A DNA stretch of 64,000 nt, taken from NCBI RefSeq assembly GCF_964355755.1, contig NC_092676.1:25190871-25254870 (forward strand), written 5' to 3'. A program made the position numbers and the translations under genes. This DNA comes from Antedon mediterranea. Taxonomy: Eukaryota; Animalia; Echinodermata. Shown piece after piece: positions 52,443 through 62,543 of this stretch. The notes beneath the pieces were generated by a model, which worked only from the letters and a program-made list of their open reading frames with translations, did not search any database and was not told the origin of the DNA. Within the stretch, counting starts at the first letter, position 1, and every line of letters starts with the position of its first letter.

Positions 52443-53499
52443 GTTGTGTTCAATTAGATGAACTAAACTCAATTTTTTTATCTGATATTGTAGGCATGTG
52501 ACGCGAATGAACTCGTCCCACGAAAGGAGGAAGTGTCAGTACAACATTGTAATGTAAAGGCTCCAAGAAAAATATGAATAAAAGGTCAAATTTGACAGGT
52601 CAATTTCATCGTGATGTATTCTATTGGGTGAGATATAATAGACAATTCGCTTTTCGTAATGTCGCTTGTTTATCGTCCGCTTCTGTAATGGTGTACCATA
52701 CAAATTTTAATATACTAAATCGATTATATCGATTCACAGCTTGTTTGTGTGTATTAAATCAAAGCTGCGCATATGTTTGATAGTGAACACAAAAATCATT
52801 GATTCAACATAGACATTAATTTAGCCTAACGCATTGAAAATGTAGGCCTATAAACTAATTTAGTTCAAAACACAACAGTCACACATACGTCTTGTGTGTT
52901 GCCAAGATATTTTTTTGTGTACAAAAATTACAAGATATTTTATTTATTTATTAATTATTTTATTATGCAGTGTTCCAAGTACTTTAGAATGAATGAATAG
53001 TAGATATTGGTAATATACTTAAATTGAATAACAATAGTCGGCTTAGGCTACAGAAAAAATGTACATAATGATCAATATTAAATTATAGAATACAGTTAAT
53101 TGATATTGTTACTTGGCAAAATAAAATTTAGTACTTAATTGTTTTGTTTGGTTTTTTATTTATTTTATTTTTTTGCAAGATAGCTTTGCAATTTATAAGT
53201 TGTCGTGAATTTTTAGTTAGGCGTTAAAATAAGTATATACATGTCTAATGATTTTCAGAAAAATTGATATATTGGTGAACATAAGAAATGCTTATCAAAA
53301 TCTCGAGTTACCTTTATCTTCACTATGGGCCAAAATAATAAATAGCACGCCCTCTGTTGCTCTCTTTATTTTGCCAAGTATTCATAAGTTTCCGAGCGTA
53401 TAATCTATTTTGTTAGCTTTCATTGCATGAGTGCTTAATTTTGACATCTGTTTATTTTATTTACATGGTTTAACTGATTTACCTAATTACTTTATCTTT

Positions 53500-55250
53500 T
53501 CAAACCGTATATAACAAAATTCGTTCTTGACCTACGCGGACTAAAATATGTTTCGTGAAACTACTGTGTGTTTGCATTGCAATGTGTCCTCCGGTAACTA
53601 CGCACTGCCACGCTTCTATTTTATTCGACTTGTTTACTTGTTTACCGCTTTTCACATCGAATGCTTTCATCATCCATTTGGCAATATCGTCTCTTGTCCG
53701 TACGCCGTTTCTAATACATTCACTAATGGCATTTAAAACCTTCAATCTAGTTACATTATCAACATTGTCGCACTTGCTGACAATTCCCGGTTGACTAATG
53801 GTGCCATTTGGAAAGCATTTTCCGTCAACTGAGTTTGTTTTACAGATAATTACTAAGCTACCCTCTTCATTGTGTTGGAACATGTAATCCGGGTCAAACC
53901 CGTGTGATAATTCAGATGCTTCCTTACTTCCAATAAAGCAATTCCAACTGTTACCGTACCTATCATTCATGTGCCTAACTATGGACATTGCTCGTCTCTT
54001 TGGTAAGCTGTGTTTGAACGCGTTTTGAATGGCGGTGACGCAGAAAGAACGCATTTCTTCTATCATGGATGGCTTCGGACCGCTAATGGTTTCGGTTGAC
54101 ATTTCTATGGATGGTAACAAGATTCGGTTTAAGGTATTGATGACACAAGAAACACATTATATATCATTGCCAATTCTACAATCACGGTCACCAGCATCAT
54201 CATCATCGTCATCAGCATCATCATTATCACGGTCATCATCATCATCATGGTCACCAGCAGCATTATCATCTTCTCGTCTGATTCAAATCACCGGCATTAT
54301 TGTCATCATCATTTACGTCATCGTTCCCAGCTTTGTAAAACAATTCCTGTCCACATACCTTGTGCAATTGAAGCGAGCTGAGATAAATTAGCAAATGGAT
54401 TTGCCTGTTGGTTCAGAAAAGGTGTAATCTTGGCTGCTTGAATCTGTAAGTTGTGTTTCTCATTCGGCTTAAAAAGTCCTAGGTACATTAACTGTTGTTC
54501 TACATTGCCTGTAGGCCTACTACGTTGAAACGTTTCTGTTGTGTTTTTACCACTTTCGTAGGCAACCTGGAACTTTTTTAATGTGTCGTCCAGTTGGCCA
54601 AGACTTCGTTTCTCAATCACTTCAGCGTTTCTTTCAATGTCGCGCACTCGTTTCTCATATTCCTCCTCTGCTTTTCTTTTCGCCATTTTAACCGCATCAT
54701 CTTTCTGCTTCATTAGAGTATTTTTGTACTGGTTTATTTTATCGATTTGAGATTTGTATTCACCATTGTTTTTTATACTATCTTCAAAGAGTTGATTGAC
54801 TTTTTCTGTGCCTTCGTTTACAGTTAGTGTGCTATGACATGTATGTTCGTTGTTGCTGCTGCGACAAACATCGCAAATGAGTTTCTTACACGTCATACAC
54901 CATACATTTAATGCTTTATAGTGGTTATTACATCTAGGTTGACCCGAACGCACAATACCTGCCTTGCCAGCCTTATCTAAGGCGTCTCTTGCATTTTCAG
55001 CCTCGCAATAATATGTCGGCAATCGTTCAAGACCGTTGACTGGAACTTTGGTTGGCACTCTACACATAGCACAGACAATGTCAGTGATTCGTCTACCCTG
55101 TTGCCTCGCCTGGCTACCTACATAATCTTTCAAACAATTTAGACAAAATGCATGTCCACACAAGAGTTTTTTCGGTTGTTCCATCAAGTCAAAACATATT
55201 GGACACTGACGGAGTTTTTCAAAAAACATATCTATTGGGTCCTCTGCCAT
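53500..55250 (-). CDS. TRIM type A copy 3: RING - B-box2 - coiled coil spliced to two tandem LC8-like domains; about 498 aa
   Basis: Exon 1 is 55250-54359 (892 nt, CAAG|GTATGT). The 254-nt intron ends at a catccatag acceptor. Exon 2 is 54104-53500, in frame (G+AA = Glu, then MSTETISG). LC8-like repeats MIEEMR..MNDRYGNSWNCFIG and DIAKWM..WQCVVTG..TKHILVRVGQERILLY. Confidence 0.87.
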
Positions 55251-55869
55251 TGTTACCAATTAAACCTAAAATCAATCGTAATGTTCGGGTTACATACAGT
55301 GGCCTACACTAGCAAGTACGACGCTACGACTGATAGCACTTGTATTTTTAAAACACTGGGTCCGTCCATAGTAACAATGTATACTCAAATCCATGAAGGA
55401 ATTCTTAAATCAATATGTATATTGAGAATAGATATGTACTACACAATGTTATCTCAGTAGGAATTTACCTATTGTGTTCCACTAGATAAAGCCTCATAGC
55501 AATTTGATGTGCACACATGCGCAAATACTCTCGGTAGCATTTATTATACCTCATCATAGATCTCCAATAGGAATTTATGTATTTCTTAATTGTTTAGTTG
55601 TCAGTCTGTTGATTTTAGCATATAGGCCTACCTTGTGATACGGTGAATAGAGTAGCCAATGTAAAATAATCAGAGAGTGTGCAGAAAACATAACATTTAA
55701 ATAAAACAGTTTCTTCGCATCCACCGTGTTTCTGCTTATGATGATGCATCGTTTTGGCTTTTATAGATTAGTGTTCATTAATTACGCACATAAAGAGGTT
55801 AATGCTTCCACCCTCCAACTGTTTATTATGACCAGAGAAGAGTGAAATTCACTCTTCTCTGGTTATGAC

Positions 55870-56265
55870 AGTCAAACCATAGTCAATCTATTGACCAATC
55901 GAACCATAGTCAATCTATTGACCAATCAACCATAGTCAATCTATTGACCAATCAAACCATAGTCAATCTATTGACCAATCAAACCATAGTCAATCTATTG
56001 ACCAATCGAACCATAGTCAATCTATTGACCGATCAAACCATAGTCAATATATTGAACAATCAAACCATTGTCAAATTTATTGACCAATCGAACCATAGTC
56101 AATCTATTGACCAATTGAACCATAGTCAATCTATTGACCAACCAAACCATAGTCAATCTATTGACCAATCAAATCATAGTCAATCTATCGACCAATAAAA
56201 CCATAATCAATCTATTGACCAATCAAACCATAGTCAATCTATTGACCAATCAAATCATAGTAAAT
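55870..56265. repeat. 27-bp minisatellite upstream of TRIM type A copy 3
   Basis: Unit ACCATAGTCAATCTATTGACCAATCAA, about 14 copies, with internal palindrome GTCAAT-CT-ATTGAC. Confidence 0.92.
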
Positions 56266-57066
56266 CTACTTTTGATCGACATTCGCTTTTGCATATAGGT
56301 GCGTCAGTTCTACAACAATTTTTATAATCAAGTATTAAATTTTGATTATGTAACCTGCAAGTTACTTTTGATCTGTTTATAGAAAGACCTATCAGGTAAA
56401 CCTTTTACCCGAAGGCATGTTGCAAATATTTTAGAGTTTTGACGCTATTCAAGTTTCGCTCTATGAATATTTTACGGTGTGTAAGCAAACAATATTGCAA
56501 AACAACAAGTTATATTATATTAATATTCAGTATATCACCAGGCGATTTAGAATTTCTTTTAGATTTAAATTTGGTCAAGTTATAATAATTATATTATTCA
56601 GTATCACCGGGCGATTTAGAATTTCTTCTATGATAAATTTAAATTTGGTAAATATTGCAAAACAACAAGTTATATTATATTCATATTCAGTATATATTTA
56701 ATATATTTAGAATTTTTTCTACAATGATTAATGTAAATTGCACGCACGTTTATACACAATACCATTGTTTATTATCCAGTTAAAATTGTTTTCACATTCT
56801 ATTATTATAATAACAACAACATGGTTTTATAGCCTTTTTATATGTAAATATTATTGAAAATAATGGAATCTTTTTAATCTTTAATTATTATACAAGCGCA
56901 CGATCAAAATAAAATAATATTGAAAAACACATATATGAATATTTAGACTTTTCCCGGGCCTTCAAGAAAGGCGCTTTAGCTACCGTACCAACCCTTGAAT
57001 GCACTATTTTCTTGGAATAATACCGTAATCCATCAATTTAAAATTTAAATTTTATCTCTATTTTAG

Positions 57067-59211
57067 ATGAAAGACATTTACGCACACGGCCAAGAATGGT
57101 ATGAATATTGATGTAGGCTTAGATGTATAACTTTAAAGACTCTCCATCACGTTTTCTCCTTCATTATGGTTAAACTCTCTCAGCATCATCATGATGTGTT
57201 TCTTGTGTGTGTTATTTCTCGTGGGTGAGTGGCCGAGCGGTTAAGACAGTGGAACCGTAATCACGTAGCCATAACATCGGCAGGGGTTCGAGGCTCACTC
57301 ACTCCATGGTTCTGGTGGTAGAACGAGTCTTCTCGGATAAGGACTATAAACCGTAGGTCCAGTGTACACAACTTGCTCGTGTGCACTTTAAAGAACCTAG
57401 TACATCTTTCGAGACGAGTAGGGGGTTACCCCGGTGTATTAGTACATCACAGCCACTGATCACCAACTGGGCCCTCTGGGAGACCAGTCTTTGACTGAAG
57501 AGGTTACCCAGTATAAATATATATTTCAATTGTTTCTTTGCTGTGGTGTCCTATCCAACTTATTTTATGCCCACTCTGGTAAGTTTATTTTATCACTATT
57601 TTTATTTCACTATTTGTATCAGAATAATTACTCTGAAGATCATAATTTCGTTTACACACAACGGAGCAAACATACCCATCTAGCCTATATTAGTGTCGAA
57701 ATTTGCATTAACGGCATTACGTGTTGATAACATAATTCTTCAAATGTGAACAAGATTGCGGAGGGGTTCTCGCTTCTTTAATACGAACATTTAAAGAAAA
57801 ATTATTTACATGAAATATATTATAGGCATGTTCAGTTTATTTTAGTCGCGTGCGTGCAACGCGACTCTACAGCTCACTATGTCGGTCGGATGGTCGGTCG
57901 GTCGGGTGGTCAGTAAACACTAACTTGAGCACGCGACTGCAGAATGTATAGCCTTGTTACGTTTCTATTTATGTTGGCTTTAAGATCACGCAAAAACCTT
58001 CTTGGTTGAATCACTTATTTGTACGAAAATGAATTATTTTAGCAAAAATTCAATTGGTTTCAGCTTTATTGTCATACCAGAAGTTGGTTACTGCTAGGTC
58101 TGGTGTTAATCCTGGTAGACTTACAAACGGGAACGACAACATGGAGAATTGTTTTGCAACAGGTTTGACATTTAATTTGTAAGATTTAGTATAAATAGAA
58201 TATGAAAGGATTCACATAGTGACAATTCTTGTTCTGATCCGTACAATTAAAAGTGTTCTCGATAAAATTCCTCTATAGTTTCAAATTATTTACGTTAGTA
58301 GGCCTATTTTTTTTCTTTTTGTTAGACCATATAAAAAAGTGATGACAAACAAGCAACACGTCATTCGCGTGTTCAAGGCTACAGATGCTTGGCTGCTGAA
58401 ACGTTGCAAAATTGTCATGATTTACCAAGAAGAAAAAACAACTAACATAATTTTTAAAAAGTTTTGTTAAATAGGCCTAATTAAATCACCATTTTGTGAC
58501 CTAAAAATGTTTAGCACTAATCTAAATTAGATACGCAACTCAAGGACGTAAGCGCAACGTAAGTGAATTGACCAATCACAAGCGATGGATTATTTGACCT
58601 GTCGCTTGTCATTGGTCAACTCGGTTGAGTCTCTTATGGTGGGAACCAAGCTTTAGACTAGACTGGCAGGTTTTCTTACGATCTTTTCTTTTTATACTCT
58701 TTCCTTTAAGATAATACTGAAGACGAATGGGTTGAAATAGATTTGGGAAAAGACTACCTTGTAACGAGAGTGACTATTATTAATAAAGTCGAACAAAGTA
58801 TGACATTTTTCTTATATTATAAGTAATATAATTAACTATTTACATGGATATAAGTGTAAAACAATTCGCCTCATGAAAATATAATTTAATCTTTCACGGA
58901 ATGAAATTATTTGTACCATTGCACTCATAAACATTCATTATTTTGTATAACATATGCGTTTTGGGCTTTTTTAGACTATTACGGAAGGAATTTGAAAGGC
59001 TGTAGAGTAACCATTGCTTCTCAAGATTCAAAAGAGGTTGAACAGAACTGTACAGAACATCCAATTTCAAACACTCAAATATCAGCGAGCGTGGTGATAG
59101 ATCTAAAATGTACTAAGAAAGTATTTGGTCGGTACGTTATATTAAGAAACGGTAGAAGGAGACGCAGCCTTTGTCAGATCCGTGTCTACAGTGAATATGA
59201 ACCAAAGAGAG
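57067..59211 (+). pseudogene. F-type lectin (fucolectin/FTP-domain) gene copy 1, signal-peptide exon interrupted by a SINE
   Basis: Exons 57067-57098, about 57184-57578 (split by the SINE), 58064-58162, 58711-58797 and 58975-59211. Peptide RLTNGN..NCFATDNTEDEWVEIDLG..VTRVTIINK..GRNL..C..C..GRYVIL..SLCQIRVY fits the FTP fold pattern. No terminal exon was found before copy 2 begins. Confidence 0.65.
57221..57522 (+). mobile_element. SINE family A, full-length and young-looking, inserted in a lectin coding exon
   Basis: A box TGGCCGAGCGG, B box GGTTCGAGGC; absent from the paralogous position 62680-62685. Confidence 0.9.
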
Positions 59212-59379
59212 GTAAACTTGTTATTTTGGGGTTTTTTCAAAGGGTAAAAATGAGTCGAGTCTGGTCGAGTCTACGCCAATCCCTAAGCTAAATTCACACA
59301 CAATACTGTGTACACAGTACTTTAAATCTAGCACATCTAGGGTCTAGCGTGCTGTTAAACAGAATAATCGGTTAAAAAC

Positions 59380-59848
59380 GGGTGTTTCGAAACTAGAGAC
59401 CCGAGACCAGAGACCAGAGACCCGAGACCCAATACGAAAAGGGAGACCTAAATATACGAAAAGGGAGACCCACGTACGAAAAGGGAGACCCCACTATACG
59501 AAAAGGGAGACCCCACTATACGAAAAGGGAGACCCCACTATACGAAAAGGGAGACCCTAATATACGAAAAGGGAGACCTAAATATACGAAAAGGGAGACC
59601 CAATTATACGAAAGGGAGACCCAAATATACAAAATGGGAAACCCAAATATACGAAAAGGGAGACCCACTATAAGAAAAGGGAGACCCACTATAAGAAAAG
59701 GGAGACCCCACTATACGAAAAGAGAGACCACACTATACGAAAAGGGAGACCCTAATATACGAAAAGGGAGACCCAAATATAGGTCTCCCTTTTCGTATTG
59801 GGTCTCGTGTCAGGTCTCTGGTCTCGGGTCTCTAGTTTCGAAACACCC
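59380..59848. mobile_element. Mutator/foldback-like element with internal tandem array of about 23 bp
   Basis: TIR GGGTGTTTCGAAACTAGAGACCCGAGACCAGAGACC; perfect 9-bp TSD GTTAAAAAC at 59371-59379 and 59849-59857; internal TATACGAAAAGGGAGACCC repeats. Confidence 0.85.
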
Positions 59849-59909
59849 GTTAAAAACAGATGATTTCATTTTTACAGAAACCGGTCCTATATATTTGTCT
59901 ACTTTTGGA

Positions 59910-60188
59910 TGGGGGGGGGGGGTAGTTGACCGGGGAGTAGTTGACCGGGGGGTAGTTGACCGAGGGGTAGTTGACCGGGGGGTAGTTATCCTAAGGGGGT
60001 AGTTGTCCTAAGGGGGTGGTTGTCCGGGGGGTAGTTGTCCGGGGGGTTGTTATCCTAAGGGGGTAGTTGTCCTAAGGGGGTAGTTGTCCGGGGGGTAGTT
60101 GTCCGGGGGGTAGTTGTCCTAAGGGGGTAGTTGTCCGGGTGGTAAACATCCGGGGGGTAACTGTCTAGGGGGTAGGTGTCCTAGAACC
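59910..60188 (+). repeat. G-rich tandem array (GGGGGTAGTTGTCC-type), G-quadruplex-prone, probably a transposon subterminal array
   Basis: Units of 15-17 bp, each with a run of 4-6 G. Confidence 0.8.
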
Positions 60189-61307
60189 TTTTTTTAACAT
60201 AAAACAAAAGAAATTAGAAAGGGTTTCGTTCTAGGACTATAGGATAATCATTTATGCTGTCTTTGATAAAAATAATATTTTTAAAATGCCAATCAAATGA
60301 CGTCATGATACATAAAAACAATAAAATCGTTGTATTGTCACGATATTATTGCTCTTACTAATCATGACGTCATTTGATTGGACGTGTGAAAATATAATTT
60401 TCATCAAAGGAAGCATAGATGGTTATTCTATAGTTCTAGAATGAAAAGGTTTATATTTCTTTTATTTTATGTATGAAAAATGTAAATTATTGTCTATATC
60501 GTTATCGTCCTAGTGTGAATGGGCCTCTAATCGTGGTTCTACCTTATACTGTATGTCAAGTATATTACTTTGTTTATGCTTATTGCTGAGTTAGCTTAGA
60601 TTTATACATATCACACAGTAATATTGATAAACATGTTAACAAAGTTAAATGTATTAATTATATAAGATTATTTAAAGCAGCAGTCCTACATGTTGTTCAA
60701 TAGTCGTGGGGCCTTTCTAAAAATAGCCTACAAACAATGTTGTAGTTAATATATAGACTTGGTCAGTTCGGTGTTCGAATTCGGTATCTTGGTGTTCTTC
60801 GGCTCGATATCCACAGACAGGAGACAGGCAAGTACGTAGTATTAACATGAATTTGATGTTTCGGACATAATTTATATCTATGTTTACCCGCTTTTTCACT
60901 ATCGGAGTTAAATAAGTCATATTCATACGTGTGTGGTATGACGTCACATCGAGTGTCTGAGACCTGTCGATGTAAGAGTTAACCAATCACACGAGAGTAC
61001 TTACGTCAGTTGTAACTCTGAAATAGGATTATCTTAAATCCCTTCTATACACGTTTAACTCTAGTGCGTGTGTGAACTAATAACTTGTAAGTATATAATT
61101 TTTGTTATTATTACCACTTTGGTTCTTATATTTGATATTGTTTTCATGTATGTTGTTAATACAGTAGTACTGAGTAATTCTTATTAATTGTAGTGTTAAC
61201 TTGTAGTATTGTAATATATGTAGGTGTTTTGTAATAGTAGGTTAAACATTGTACTTTTATAATTTGTTTTTTTTCTTTGTATAGTATAAGTGAACGTACC
61301 TTTATAA

Positions 61308-61696
61308 AGCTTGGTTCCTCCTAGGTCGCAACGCAACAACGTATTGACGCAAAGTGCTGTATTGCGTAATCACAAGTGGGAACCGACGACGTAACAGTGC
61401 TGCAAACATCGCAGATTTTATTTCACGCAGGCGGGGGAAAACACAATTATTAGAAGGGCATTTTCTTAAGCTTGGTTCCCACTAGAACGTAACGCAAGGA
61501 CGTAAACGCAACGCAAGCGTTTTAACCAATGACAAGCGAAGTTACAGACAGTTAGCAATCACAAGCGAATAAGCCATCGCGTGTGATTGGTCAATTCACT
61601 TGCGTTACGTTACGTCCTTGTGTTGCGTCACTAGTGGGAACCACGCTTTACGTTGCGTCGTTTGCGTTACGTTACGTCGCTAGTGGAAACCACGCT
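61308..61696. mobile_element. Harbinger-like MITE family B, self-nested (inner copy 61469-61647); relatives near 20414-20600, 22185-22362 and 58520-58655
   Basis: TIR AGCTTGGTTCCCACTAG; outer TSD TAA, inner TSD TTA; internal (G)ACCAAT(C/G)ACAAGCGA inverted motifs. Confidence 0.8.
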
Positions 61697-62543
61697 TAAG
61701 TGTGCCGCTGATATAAAAGTGTACGTTCAATAAATTATTTAGCTCCGCCAAGGAGGTATATTTAATCGATCGCGTGTGTTTGTTTGTTTGTTAGCAGGAT
61801 TACTTAAAGAGTAATTACAAGATCTTTTCCAAAATGTAAATACAGATTGATATGCGGTCAAGGACCACTCCATTAAATTTTGGAGGCAATCCGGACCACG
61901 ATCCTAATTTTGAACCATTTAAAAAAATTATTTTCAGACTTGCTAGTGTTAAAAGATAGGACAGAAATTTCAAAAGCCGGTGAGCAGTCTTAAAGTAACA
62001 AGTAAACTAAAATTGTATTTTCTCGAGAACTACTTTTCCAAAAAAAACATTTCATTTTTGTACAAGAGGCAAGATTTATATTTTGTGATTTGTAATTTTA
62101 AAACATAATTAGATTTAATGTACAAGTTTTTTTATGCGAGTAGTTAAAAAACCCTATTTCTTTTTAAATTCACTCGTTTGTTTTTCTTGTTTCTTGTTTC
62201 TGTTCTTATTGTTAGTCGGCTGAAGCACCCACGTTTATACACAATACCATTGTTTATTATCCAGATAAAATTGTTTTCACATTCTGTTATTATAATAAAA
62301 ACATGGTTTTATAGCCTTTTTATATGTAAATGTTATTGTAAATGATAGAAAATGATTAAGTTAATTAATATACAAGCGCACGATCAAAATAAAATAGTAT
62401 TGAAAAACACATATGAATATTTAGACTTTCCCCGGGCATTCAATATAGGCATTTTAGGTACCGTACCAACCCGTGAATGCACTCATTTTCATGGAATAAT
62501 AATAATCCATCAATTTAAAATTTAAATTTTATCTCTATTTTAG

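Noticed and set aside
57223-57306. Possible tRNA-Leu/Ser gene
   Set aside because: It is the head of a multi-copy SINE with body and tail, and the anticodon arm is not canonical.
59634-60002. 122-aa ORF with IRKGRPT and GVVDR repeats
   Set aside because: Translation of transposon-internal tandem repeats.
60735-61300. Possible solo LTR or regulatory element with CRE-like TGACGTCA
   Set aside because: No matching second terminus, TSD or PBS could be identified with confidence.
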